A stretch of 64,000 nt of DNA from contig NC_087250.1 in NCBI RefSeq assembly GCF_037042905.1, forward strand, positions 18,416,001 to 18,480,000. The letters are read 5' to 3'. Under the pieces are notes generated by a model that saw only the letters and a program-made list of their open reading frames with translations, made no database searches and was not told the DNA's origin. Positions 1-22,000 of the stretch are shown one piece after another. The DNA comes from Lytechinus pictus (taxonomy: Eukaryota). How positions within the stretch are numbered: position 1 is the first letter of the stretch; each line of letters opens with the position of its first letter. Both the position numbers and the translations under genes were made by a program.

Positions 1-2177
1 TATTTCAAAATGGCTGCCAAAGTATGGATACAAATTAGTGTTGAAAATAGTATATTGATACATATTTTGTTTTGACAGATTTTTAAAGAACAGGTTTGAT
101 CATGATGTTTTCGCCTGTGATTTAGCTTGCTATTATAACACTTTTTAAAATCCCACAGAAAGGAACACCAGTAATTCATTCATCTGATAAAAAAACATTG
201 ATGAAGTATGTGATATGGTATGTAATGTCAGTTACCGAAAACATGAACTTTTTTTTCTCATTTCCTGGAAAAGAGGATATATTATATGAAACTTGGTAGA
301 TTTCCTCTCTAGGTAACACCCCTCCCTTCTACACCAAAATTAAAGATTACCAATTAACAATGAAGCCATAGGGTACCATTAAATATATGTAATGTCAGTT
401 ACCAAGTGGAAAATGTAATGTCAGTTACCGAGATGTAATGTCAGTTACCATGATAAAACGTTGGTTACCAATATTGAAATGCAAATATGTGGTAAATTTT
501 ATGGTGAAGAAATATTGTATACTTGTTATTTAAGTCTTTCACTTTAAAAGTCACACCAGAAGGAGCTTGCTATTGACTTTTAAAAGGTATAGTTCACAAG
601 GAATACTATATGAAATTATGAAGGAAGTTGCATTCCCATCTTGCAAAAAAAATTACTGTGAAATTGTTTTGTACATGCACTTACCAAGTACCTAATTGTT
701 TGTATCAGACAATTTTTTGTTTGGTTTTCGGGGGGGGGGGGGGGTAGGGGGTACTTTTCCCAACCTATTGCCTAAATCTGCAACATTTTTTAAGCTTAAC
801 ATTGTGATGAAGGGGATTTCCAGGGTCCCTTTTTTAGTTTCTAGGATTCTTTTGAGCATTGCCTCGCTAAAAGTAAATTCCTGGTTTTTATACCTGTTAG
901 TAGTGTGGATGTGTGATACAATTTTGTTTTTGGTTTACAAGTATAGATGAAAAGTGAAATTTGACAGTTCTGATCAATGTTGCATGGATCTACTAAAACT
1001 GTGGTTTTTTTTTCAATTTTACAAATAGTTCAGTTTCAGTTTAGAAGCTGGAGTTTATTTTTTGTTGACAGCTTATAAAACAAATTAGCAAAGAAAATGA
1101 TTAAACAAATTATGAAGAGAATTGAAATTGCTTGCACTGACCAGAATAGAAATCAATAAAACTACATGGCTGCATGAGATTCGGGGGAGGGGTACATGTA
1201 GCCTAGGGGAGGAGACCCTTATTCATTTTGCCTTTTTTGAGGGGAGGGGGAGGTTGGAGAAGGAAAAGGTTTAAAAAGTCAATATAAAACTGATGAATAT
1301 ATTATGGGTGTATAATCAGAAAAATCCATGTGTACAGTCAATGCAATATTAAATTACTATAGGAAAACATGTAGCTGCTATGACCCCCCCCCCCCCCCCC
1401 CCCGGAGTAAGTAAAACATACATTTCTTATCTTTGGATAATTAAAAATGTGAAGTATTATGAAACTTTTATGATTTTAAAAAGCCTTACATATAAGTACC
1501 AAGAAAATTATGCCTTTGAAAATCATATAGCACTAGTAAATGTTAATGTGTATATTGTCAGTTACCGACTAGTAATGATAAAAATGTTCAAATCAAAGAA
1601 AGGAATTAAGAAAAAGAAAAAGTTTTTTCATTGGATTGTTCCTAAAAACTTGGGTATACTTCCCCATCAAGCTCACTTTCATGTGAAGCCCTGCACAGAA
1701 GATACAATGCAATGATTCCACACATTTGACTTCCATGTGTTATCTCTATGGCAAATTAAGTGTAATGTCAGTTACCGTAATGTCAGTTACCAGCATGGTT
1801 GTGGAAAAATTATCATAGTCCCCAAAAGACAAAAACGAATTGTTTAATATTTTGACACATCTTAACCTAGTAACTGAGGTATATTTACATATTCAAATTA
1901 TTACTCTATCTACTCAGGGACATGAGATATTTCAATTTTAATGAACACCCTGAAATTGCATGTCCTTTTGCGTAATGTCAGTTACCGACACATTTTTGCT
2001 TGCTGATGCGTAAAAAAATGTGGTTACATAGGAAAACTTAGTATCAGAGTATACAGCAAGGTTCACTTTATTAACTCTATCAAAAGCAAACTCCCATCAT
2101 TTGTTGTTTTAGAGATACACACAATGAAAGGTGTGAAAACATTGTGCTGTGTAATGTCAGTTACCGTGAAAATGCCC
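1..2177. mobile_element. Right part of a probable PIF/Harbinger-like DNA transposon with a repeated GTAATGTCAGTTACC motif; left boundary not located
   Basis: Motif occurs about 9 times between ~220 and ~2166; ends ...GAAAATGCCC|TTA, directly followed by sequence homologous to the 34564-35293 element. Confidence 0.55.
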
Positions 2178-2385
2178 TTATGTATTTCTCTGTTTTTCAA
2201 CTTTTTGTTTTTAATTGTTTTTTTTAATGGAAAATGTCCAGGACTTTATTTTGACGATAAACAAAATTAGATTAATTGATTTTTATCAGTAAACGGAAAA
2301 ATAGTGATACATGTATAAACTTTGGCTAAAAACACTATTTGCATTGGATTTGTACACAAATTCTTGTTTTTGAGTAATGTTGGTG
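2178..2385 (+). mobile_element. Fragment of the piggyBac-like MITE family seen intact at 34564-35293
   Basis: Aligns with ~34896-35100. Confidence 0.8.
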
Positions 2386-2554
2386 GGATTCAAACACAAG
2401 ACCCTGATTACAAGACGAGATTCAGAACCGCTCCACCACGACGCTTCCACATAATACATTTAACCAAACTCAAGATGGTCAAATACGCTGATTTCTTACA
2501 TTTCTCAACAATCTATTTGGACCATCATGTGGAACTGAAGAAGTGTTGACTTAC

Positions 2555-10324
<7,770 letters not shown>

Positions 10325-11614
10325 TTTTCTCTCTATTGTTGCGGGTTTTCAAGTTTACCGCTGCTTTAGTGGCCGTGTTTTTTTTTATTTGTTCTGTCTT
10401 CCTCGATCGAGAGAGGGCGTGTACCAAGGCCCTATAGGGCCGGCCTTGTAATCAACGAAGTATTGTATTTCTGTGATTCTATAAATCCCTATCTCAGAAA
10501 ATAAAAAAATTGTATGATGTGCATACTGTACAACATGTACAGGCACGGATCCGGGGGGGGGGGGGCTGAAGGCACACGAGCCCCCCCCCCCCGTAGGATT
10601 TGAAAAAGAGAGAGGCAAATTGACCTTACATATCCAAAACCTTTTCTTTTTTTTTTTCTTTTTTTTTGCTTGTTAGTTATACTTGGGCGGACGAATAATA
10701 TTGACCTTAAATTTAGGGGACAACATTTTTTATTAGGTATTTTGCTTGTCAAATTTTCAACGGGTAAAATATGGCACCCCTTTTTGAAAAAATCCTGGAC
10801 CCTGTAGCACACCAAAAATTTCAACTCTGGATCCGCATCTAGTGTACCTGTAAAATGAGACAATATTTTTGCTTTCTTCAATAATATAATCAATACATTT
10901 TGGATTTTGTACCATTGTTTAAAAAAAAGAGAAGTCGCTTTGTCGTATTTCATGTATTATTTAGCCTATTTCATTCCGTGGAACTTGCCCTTGATGCCTA
11001 CTTTTCATTTCTTTCTTTATTACCTTTCTCAATCTTTATTTACCTTTCCATAGGCTAAACTTAGTTGCACTGAGATTGGGGAGCCATAAAAATATATGAA
11101 GATATTTTTTGTATTTACTTGTTGGATTTTTCTGAACGAAAATACCCCCTTTTGGAAAAAATTGATCCGTTCCTGCCTCTTTTTCCCCAATTATAACAAA
11201 TAGCTAGACTCGACGCTGGGTCAGATCTTTTTTTTGGGGGGGACAGGTTTTTATTGAGAAAAAAATATAGGATAGCCCAGCATTTCAGTACCAGACGATT
11301 ATGGTTATCCCTCAAACTATTGTGATTAATCATAGATTTTAGTTCCGTGAATGATATGACGGGGGGGGGGGGTTACCTTGTTATAGCTATTTGTCGATCT
11401 TCCTTTGTTATTTTTATTATCAATTTTGTATTGTTATATCGATACACCTATTTGACAAGCGGCGTGCCAATTAATTTCATAATGAAACATTGTTAAAAAA
11501 AATCATTATTTTTAGGACGTCGGATTAACACTATTTTTTTAAAGGTATTATTATCTGAATAATTGCACCGCCGCTGAAATGTTTTGATTCCTTGATTTTT
11601 CAATCTTTTCTTAA

Positions 11615-11800
11615 CAATAACAACAATAATAGCGGTATATTATTTACCCAGGGTAGCCACTTCAGTTCCGAAAACTGGGCCCAGCGGGCCCTGCTATTAT
11701 TACCCCGGCTTTAGCTGAGCTGTCTATATAGCGCTCAAGCATTCAAGGAATTAGTCCTGCCGGGTATACCCATTCACCTCACCTGGGTCGAGTGCAGCAT
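11615..11800 (-). mobile_element. SINE, 3' part
   Basis: cccattcacctcacctgggtcgagtgcagca core shared with 20855-21132 and 62445-62720. Confidence 0.8.
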
Positions 11801-12988
11801 TCTTTAAAAACACAAAAGGCAAACTTGAGGATGGAGGAATGGATGACCGGATGAGGAGTGACAGCACTTTCCACCAAATGCTGTCCCCTTTCGACCCTTT
11901 TAGAGCGTGTTGCTCCCTCACCCTTTCATACGGTGATGGGCAATAATTTCTATCTCGCCGATAAAGCCTATATATATAGCACAAATGGGAAAATTTAAAA
12001 GGTGACAAAAATATTTAAGGCCTATGAGACGAGCATTGAGGCCAATTAGAGCATCCGAGATCATAGCCTAATTGGTGGCCTTATTATGGATTAATCTAAG
12101 CACTGCTTAAACATTGCCATAAGGGATATCGAATGCTGATTCAGGTAGGCCTATTATTAGTGAGGTAGGCCTATACGATTGACACATTTTAGAAATGTAA
12201 AAATTAATTAAGATTAAGATTAATCTTGAAGTAAATTACCCCCCCCCCCCAAAAAAAAAAAAAAAAAAAAAATTGGGAAAATCTGATAACAGGCGATATA
12301 TACTTCAGGAAACGCTAATGAGCTTTTTTAATCATCAGATTTTTAAAGGGAAAGCGGTTTGAGAATAGCGGCTAAGTTTGAACTTTTTTTGGGGGGGAGG
12401 GGCCTGGCCCTTGGAAGCGGGGGTGCCCGGGGGGGGGGGGGGGTGACTAAAATGGTGTGCCGAAGCAGCTATCAGCCATTCCCCTGGAAATCAGATTGGT
12501 GTACTAAAATGTAGAAACTTGACCCCCCCCCCAAAAAAAAAAACCACACATTTTGATCTTAGAGTGATAATCTTTATTTTTGCTTGTCATTTTTCCCCCG
12601 TAAAAAACCGTTCCCTAACATGAGGAGGGGTGCATGGAGGGGGGGGGGGTAGGCCGGGTTGTTAGGCCCAGACCTTTTTTATTTCTCTATTCGATTACGA
12701 GTAGTGCATAATAAAGCAGAGTCTGAAGTAGTGAGACTAGATTTACAATGTACTGTTGTTGCCTCTTTTTATAGAGAAAGAGAGTTTTGGAGAAGAAGGG
12801 AGTGCATAATTATGAGACTCGATCAGACATGAAATCGTATTTGATTCGAGTCTGTTCAAGCAGCTCGTAGACGTAGACTACGCACTGATCATTGGCATGA
12901 ACTAGTTGAACTGATGAAGCGCTAACTTTATTTTCGAAGGATTTAGACTACCCATTTCTCCACGGATTGATGCTATTTTCACCTCAAG

Positions 12989-13016
12989 ATGACAGATATA
13001 AGGATAGTTCCCTTAG
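12989..13016 (+). CDS. INTS11: INTS11 exon 1 ([10 protein letters not shown])
   Basis: aagATG, G|GTTTGT donor. Confidence 0.9.
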
Positions 13017-16000
13017 GTTTGTATATTATGAGCCTATGTGTTTATATTTGATTGATAGTAATGTTTTTTACCGTGTTACTTTGCCGATTATTTCGTTGAC
13101 AGTCCCATGTATTGTCATCCATGTTTGTTATAAATTATAATAGATCAACATTGTCATTCACAATGACAGACTGCACGCGTGTATGAGCTGAGCTTGACAA
13201 GTTGATCATACGACACTGTCAATGATTTGCAGGATTTTAGTGATTCTTTGGTGGTGGTAGCTACTAATGAATCAGCGTCACTAATGCCATTAATTATTTA
13301 GTTTTTTCGCAATTTGATAAATGAATTCAATTAGGAATAGGAATTTATACTTATAGGATATTTTTTTCTACTGTTCTATTAGTATAGTTCTCTCAGGCCC
13401 CTCAATGGCCTCAAGGCTTCAAGCCAAGGCAGGCCAGGCATCTTTTTTCAGGGAATTATTTTTGCAAATTTGTTTTATCAGCATTGTTTTTTTTTTTTTT
13501 TTTTAGGGGGGGAATTTGGTTATAAACTAATCTTAAAGTGACAATTAAAACTGACGATCCTCTGTGCAAATCTGCTTAAAAGATGGAACAAATTACAAAT
13601 ACAATCCAAAAAGTGTTCCGTTGATTGAGGCCAAGTCAATCTTGACGTTCATATGCCATATTAATCAATATAATGATTGTGGGCATTAACGGAAAGACAA
13701 GGCAAGGCGGCCAGCTCAATGTCATTTAAGCTTTCCAAGTCAAGTCTGCTGGAGCTGTTCCCACTTGCAATCTTGTCCAGGGGCCTGTAACACAAAGCTT
13801 AGCCTTAGCTGTATTAGCAATGGTCGTAGAACATTTTTAACAATTGATTGCATTGACTACAATGGCCAGTCAGTCGTAAAAATCAAGCGTATGATTGATC
13901 ACTGACTTTTGTGTGACGGGACCCAGATGATGTTTTGTGTTGCTATAAAAATCATTTAAACAATAAGATATGGAAGCAAGACTCCAAAGAGTTTAGAATA
14001 TATCCTTTTAACATGTTGACTACAAATACATGATTCCCAGTTTGAGTTGGCAATGCTAGTAGAATAAGTGATTGTATGATTTGACATTCATTTTGAAAGG
14101 GGCTGGTCAGGATGTTGGACGGAGCTGTATTCTTCTGACGATAGGAAGTAAGAATATCATGCTGGATTGTGGGATGCATATGGGCTTCAACGATGAAGTG
14201 AGTATACCTCCTTTCCCCATCCTCCTCTTTTTCTTCTTCTTCCTCTTCTTCCTCTTCCCTCCTCCCTCTCCCTCCTCTTCTTCCACCTCTTTTTATCAGT
14301 CATGTCATTCCTTCTCCTGTTTTCCTGTATCTTTTCTTATTTGTCCTCATTTTCTTTTCTTGTTCTCGTGTTGGCTTCTTTCCTTGATTTTGATATTTCC
14401 ATTTCTGTTATTCTTTTATATTTGTTCTTATTACTCCACATGGGTATGTTTGATTATAAAAAAGGGACTTTTTGGTCATTGTTGTCTTTTAGTATAAATT
14501 TCCACTTTCCCTCTTTCTCTCTTGAAAAAAAAAATTCTTAACCATCTTTTTCCTTCTTGTTCTTCCTCCTCTTCAAAACATTTCCATTTTCATATATTTC
14601 CGCATATTCTTTCCAAACTTACTCTGTTGTAAATCTCAATACTCTGTTCTTCTGATGACCTGCCACAATATCTAATTTTGAATGTGTGTTTTTACCCTTT
14701 TTTTCCCAACAGAGAAGATTTCCAGACTTCTCCTACATCAACAAAAATGGTGGATTGACAGACCATCTTGATGCAGTTATCATTAGGTATTTGAATAGTT
14801 CTTGGAATATTTCAAATGATCTTTTTTGGTTTATTCAATTATTAGTTGATTTATTAATTTATTTGTTTTATTTCTGCATACCTGTTTATTTGTTTCTCAT
14901 GAGTAACATATTTAAGTGTTTATTCACTTCTCTAAGGATTAGTACATGTTTTGGGGGAGTGTATCTAAGAACTAGACAGCATGGGCAAAAATGGGTGGCC
15001 ACTTTAATTATTACACTGTCGCATGGAAGCGTTGTGGTGTGACCTTTCTGACTCTCACCTTGTAATCATTGTCATGTGTTCGAATCCCACCATGGCCTAA
15101 TGTCCTTTGGCAAGATGTTAATTCAGACTTTCCCACACTCCACCCAGGTTTATGTGAAAGCCTATGCAATATGCCTTGCAGTTGAGTCTTGGAACTCTTG
15201 TCTTGTTGGAATGCTCTCAGGGAGTTGAAAAGTGCTTACCGGTACATTGTTTGCAGGCATGCCAGGGTCCGATGACCACGTTGAAAATAATTCCAATGTA
15301 AAGTGCTTAGAAACGCAAAGTTTTATGCACTATATAAACGTGAAGTTGGTTCAGTTGGTAATGTCGAACCAAAGGTCGTGGTGGATTCAAGTCTACCCTG
15401 TGCGGATGACTGCGTTGTGTGTAAACATCGCTCCCCTGTTCCATAGATGCAGGCTATGTTACAGTGGAAAACACTCCATCCCTCGGATAGCATGTTAAAT
15501 GGAGGCCCCGTGTAAAGGAGAGTCGCCACTTTTGCACGTTAAGACCCCACTGCACGTTTTGTATAGAGTAAGGGGAAACCTGTAGTGGTCCACCTGCACT
15601 CCCCCCAACCAGTTATATCGAGAGGAGAGACCTGCGGGTCACTTTGATTCAGTTTGCTTTTCACCTCCCGGGCACAAGAGATGCCAAACAAATACAAGCA
15701 GCCATGCATATATCTCTTAGTATCACATTTCTTCATAATAAATATTGTTCTCCAAATAAATTGCTTTTCATGTTTTTTCCATCCCCAGCCATTTTCATCT
15801 TGATCACTGCGGAGCCCTCCCTCACATGTCTGAGATTGTCGGCTACGATGGACCCATATACATGACACAGCCCACCAAGGCTATCTGCCCCATACTCCTC
15901 GTAAGTGTGCATGCCTATTGCGGCAATGCATTATTCATTACACTTTTCAATCTTCAAATTGGCAATATTTATGTTAAGTGTTATTTTTTCTTCCATTCAT

Positions 16001-19000
16001 TTTTATTCAAATGCAATATTTTTTGTATTAGAATAAAAAAAAAAGAGTAAAGTTTGATTAAAAATGTCTCAAGGAGTTACACATTTTCAAATTTGCAACA
16101 GAAAAACAAATTTTACAAAGCATTGAATCTAAGAAAATGGGGTAATAATATCCAAGTCCTTAGGAAGCGCATAGAGACATTATTCATAATGTGATATGCG
16201 CTATACAAGAACTGTATATTATGATACAATAATAAAGGGCACAGTAATTATAGACTCTTGAAAACACATTTTTTTAATCTTGCATGATGATGTTGTTGAC
16301 AGAATGTTATATCAAAGATAAATGCCAGTTCTGGTAATGATTTCAAAATGAGTACGTACAGAATCCAATAAAATGAGCACCCAAGTGTCTGTTTGGATAA
16401 ATTGTAAGCTATGAACCAAAGGACACTGGAAGAAACTGTGTCATTGCTGAGAAATAAGCAAAATAAGCATGGGGTACGCGCAAACTGTCAAGTATTTTTT
16501 CCAAGCAATAATAATACACTGTCCCACATGGCTTTATCTGTGTTGGTTATTTACTGTGTGATCTTTTTTCAGCCTAGATTTTATGATTTCTCAAAGTTTC
16601 ATTAGTGTAACTGTACCAGATCAAGATCCACAATAGTTACAATTATTCTTGGTTTTACAAATTTTCTCATGATGTCAGCATTTACAGCGACTACTTGCAT
16701 TTATATTTTAACCTAAAGGCAGTCAGTACCTGTGTGTCGATATGTCATGTTTTAACTTTTAAAATTTTATTTATTCTTTTAAATAGGAGGACTACAGGAA
16801 GATAATCGTAGAGAAAAAAGGAGAAACCAATTTCTTCACATAAAGGCAGTCAGTACCTGTGTGTCGATATGTCATGTTTTAACTTTTAAAATTTTATTTA
16901 TTCTTTTAAATAGGAGGACTACAGGAAGATAACTGTTGAGAAAAAAGGAGAAACCAATTTCTTCACCTCACAAGTAAGTATAAAGTTGCCATAAAAATGC
17001 CTGCTCAATTTATAAATCAAAATATTCCACCAGTATTTCCTTCTAACACAGATACTACTTGACCTTTTCTACGCGTACATTTCACCAATGCACACTCGGT
17101 GCCACACGAATTTCGCATTTCACGTTAAAAAAACCAATCCGTTGTTTCCCTCCCTGAAAATAATTCAACACAGAGAGGTTCATGGCCCAGCACACAAAGA
17201 TTTAATTAGACTTTATGTCTTGTAAAACCACATAACTAATAACAGTAATAATAATATGTTCCATTTGTATAGCCCAGCTACTATAATTGCATATACTCTA
17301 CTGCAGTTGATACTTGGTTTCATATTATACCCCAGCTGTAGCTGAGCCGCCGTATAGGCGCTAAAGCATTCAAGGAATAAATCCTACCGGGTACCCATTC
17401 ACCTCACCTGGGTCGAGTGTGCAGCACAGTGTGGGTAAATTTCTTGCTGAATAAGGGAAACACGCCATGGCTGGGATTGGAAGCCACGTCCTTCTGATTG
17501 AAAGACGAGATACACTGTAATACAGTGCGTCCCCCAAAAAACATCCCTCTGAGATATGGTAGTATTCTCTATTGAATGTACAGGACCAGAAAGCTCAATT
17601 CATGTTCTAACTTCTATGAAAATTTCATTGGTCTCGCTTCAGTGGTTTTGAATACACATGTAACAGTGGTGCGTTTCAGCCCATTCCAAGTTTGCTGCAC
17701 TGATGTATTTGCGTCGTCTCTAGCATGTTTGCCCTTATTTCAGCCATTTATCAGAGGGACATTTTTTGGGGAGACATTGCTGTATACATTTAAACAATCA
17801 AGAATATATTTTCTACTGGAAATATAAGTAAATTTATAGTAAGTAAATTGTTAATATTTATATTGCTCATGAATAATAATATCAAAAGTATGAATATGGT
17901 ATTATTTTTGTATATAGGTATTTTTATTGTGATGTCGAATGAAACCCATATGATGGGTATACACATGATGCACCGGTGTGTTGGCTCATTTGGTAGGGCG
18001 TCCGTCTCACAACTGGGAGGTTGGGAGTTCAAACCCCGGCCGCGTCAGACCAAAAGGCATTAAAACATGGAAGTTACTGCTACCCTGTTTGGCGTTCAAC
18101 AATTAAGGATAGAGGCTCGTCGATCTGGCGCTGTACAGCGGCTGCCGGGCCCACAAAACAAATGGGTGAAACAAATTTTCAGAGTATTTCATTTCAGATG
18201 TCTATTTCAAGCAATAAAATATGGATGGATATTTAGGGATTCAATGATTTTCGTTATCTTAATTGACCTCTCTTTCAATCCACAGATGATCAAAGAATGC
18301 ATGAAGAAGGTGGTGGTGGTGAATTTACATCAAATCATTCAGGTAATTGTGATGATTAAGAAGACAAGAGTAGTAAGAAAGAGGGGAAGGGGTGGAAGAG
18401 GAGAGGCAGGAGGGGTACATGTAGGAGGTGGGGGGGGGGAGGTAGGGGGAGAGGAAGAGGAGGAAATGAAGGATTCAGCAGAATCACTAGAAGTATTTGA
18501 ATAGTATCTAAAATCCTATAAGTTTTCATGTTATTTTTGTTTTAAGGTCAAGTCCACCCCTGAAAACTCTTGATTTGAATAAATAGAGGAAAATCGAACT
18601 ACCAAAACGCTGAAATTTTCATCAAAATTGGATGTAAAATAAGAAAGTTATGACATTGTAAAGTTTTGCTTATTTTTCACATAACAGTGATATGTACAAC
18701 GCAGTGATATGCAAATGAGACAGTCGTTGATGTCCCTCACTCACTATTTCTTTTTTTTTTTTTTTTTTTTTTATAATACAATATTTCTATTTTTTACAGA
18801 TTTGACAATAAGGACCAACTTCACTGAACAATATAGTATTTAACAATGTTAGTTCCACATGTTCAGGGAGGAATTAATCATTGTTTCACTTGACAATGAG
18901 GAGAAAATCAGAATATTTCATATAATAAAATACAAAAGAAATAATGAGTGGATGATGTCATCAGTCTCCTCATTTGCATACTGAACAGGATGTGCATATA

Positions 19001-22000
19001 ACTGTTTTGTGGAATTAAGCAAAACTTTAAAATGTCATAACTTTCTTATTTTACATCCGATTTTGATGAAATTTTCAGTGTTATGCTTGTTGGATTTTCT
19101 CTTTTTATTCAAATCAACTTTTTGTTGGGGTCGACTTGTCCTTTAATATTGTAGCTAATCTGCTCTGTTCATGCACCCACACGTATATGCAACATTATGA
19201 TTTATGTAATTCCATAGCCCCTCGTTCCATCTACGCCTCTGAATAGTTCACTTTATAAAATTTATTATTAAGGAGATGAACATGGAGGAGTACATGTAAG
19301 AGTAGAAGGAGGAGGAGAACAGAATGATTAAGTGATGATGTTGAAGATGATGATGATTATGTTGATGATGACGATGATGATGACGATGATGATGATGACG
19401 ATGATGATGATGAGGATGATGTTGATGATGATGAAGATGATCAGGGAATAATTTTGCTTTACAAATTTGAATAGCATTTTTGGTCATAAGAGAAAATCTC
19501 TCAACTAAGTAATGTACAGTCCTATGTAAAAATATGCTATACAGAAGACTTTATGCATAGCAGTCTTTAAGCGCCTTGAGCACTCTCCAGAGTGGACTTG
19601 ACGCGATGTATCATTATCATTGTTATTATGATTTTAATCATGTGGAGCAAATTCCGATGCGATACCAGGAAAATTATTCCCCGATGATGATGATGGAGAT
19701 GATGATGATAATGATGATCATGGTGATGATGATGGTGATGATGAGGATATTGATGATGAAAAAAAATCCAACTTAAACTCCTTAAATAAGGGCAACATAC
19801 TGAATATGGTGTGTGATCTGACTTTCAAAATATTATTTCTCGGTCATACAGTAATCACAGTCCTTCCAAACACTAATTAAATCTTACCTGTTCAGTTAAT
19901 CCACATAAAAAAGGTACAGATGGTACATCAGTTAACCCTTTCTTTATATTTCTCTTTCCACAGCTAGTTCTTTTATGATTTTACTACTAATAAATAAATG
20001 TTATTTTGTACGCTATTGAAACATCTTTGATACCCTTTAACAGTAATTATCCTATGTTTGACATTTATACTGCATCAGCAATTTTGAAACGGGTATTGTG
20101 ATACTTGCAAATATTTTGTTTGAATTTCATGAATGTAATTTAATTGTCTTACTCTATGAAGTGCATGGAGAGACTATTTTAATTATGCATGTCATATATC
20201 AATCTTTATTCACATATTTATGAAATGAAAATGATCATATAACAATCAATCTCGTTCATTTGATACTTTTACCTTTGTAGGTGGATGACGAGTTGGAGAT
20301 AAAGGCTTATTACGCCGGTCACGTGCTAGGGGCAGCCATGTTTCACATCAAAGTTGGGCAACAATCTGTTGTATACACAGTATGTCGTATTGCATAATCT
20401 CAAAAGGCTAGATCTTCCAAAAAGTTAAAACCATAGGCCCGAATTCACAAAGGTGGTTTCGAAAACCACCAGTTCATTCTATAGTTTATACAGATTTCCT
20501 GTATAAATTTGGCTTAATTTATCGAGTATACTAAAAAGTGTCCAATACTGATGCGCGCCTTTATCACATTTGCTCCAAATTGACGCCTGTTGCCATGGTT
20601 AAGTATGCTATTTTATTCATGAGTCCACTGTTTTGAATTAATGAGTCCACTCTTCAAAACAGTGGACTCATGAATAAAATAGTGTACTGTGACAAAAACA
20701 TGCATCAGTATTAAACATGTTTTAATATAGGCAGTAAATTAAGCGTAAAGTGATTGGTTTAAAAACTACCTTTGTGAATTTGTTCCATACTGTTCGACTG
20801 GTATCTACGGGGCTCACAAATGTCTTCAGGTGGATTTCCAAGGACGTGAATGTCGGGGGCGTCGTGGTCTAGTGGTTATGATTCTCGTCTGTTAAGCAGA
20901 GGGACGTGGGTTCAAATCCAAGTCATGGCATGTTTTCCTTCAGCCAGAAATTTACCCACATTGTGCTGCTCTCGACCCAGGTGAGGTGAATGATATTAGG
21001 TGAAGAAATTCCTTGAATGCCTAAGCGCCTGATCAAGGTAGCCATGATAATGCCAATGTAATAATAATATGGGAGAATAGTTTTTGGAACTGAAATGGCT
21101 ACCATGGGTAAAATATGATATTATTATCATTATAACAATTTACGAGTCTTCCAAAACCTGTGAGCAAAGATTTTGTGCTCTTATGCCGCATCTAGATCTA
21201 CGTGTAGATATAGATCTATCATGATATAAGATATAATGGTAATTGTCCTTGATTTTACATACTTTCCCATGAAATTAATGTATGCTGCAATTACATCCCT
21301 TTACCCTCGAGGGAGTTTGTCTTTGTTATTTGTCTTTAATTTATTTTACAGGGGGATTACAATATGACTCCAGATAGGCATTTAGGGTAAGTTACACTTT
21401 TTGTAATGATCTCAAAATGAATTCTAATTGAACCCACTAAAATGACCTGGAGCCCGTAACACAAAGCTTAGCAATGATCGTAGAACAAATTTTCACGATC
21501 GATTGCATTGACTACATTGCACAATCAATCGTAAAAATCAAGCTTACGATCAATCGTTTTGCTTTATGTTACGGAGCCCAGGTAACTGTTTGTATAAGAA
21601 AGAAGAGACCCCATGATCTTGTATGAAGATGTTTAATTGCTGAGAAATCAGAAAATAAATAGATCTTCCTGGATTCCCATTCCTGTGTGTTTGAGAGATT
21701 TTCTGTTACTGATTGGTAGCTGTCGGTATTTGTAACTTGTTAGCTTAACTATAATTTGCCTTGGTGGAACTGGAATTAGTATGCCACTCTTACCACTTTT
21801 CAGGTCTTCCAAGCATTACCAGTTATTGGTCCGTTTTTCAAGCAATTATAAAGCACAGTCCCACATGTAGTGATCTGTGTTGGTGATCTTCAGTGTGTTT
21901 ACTTTGTATCTATGATTTCATGATTTCACAAAATTATATATAGGTTGTGACGATCTACAACGATATGGCAGTCGACCAAGATTTTTACAGACTTTCTCAT

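Noticed and set aside
17973..18050. tRNA-like sequences (also at 20855, 62445, 63060)
   Set aside because: A/B boxes are present but no intact cloverleaf was evident, and they run into SINE bodies and tails.
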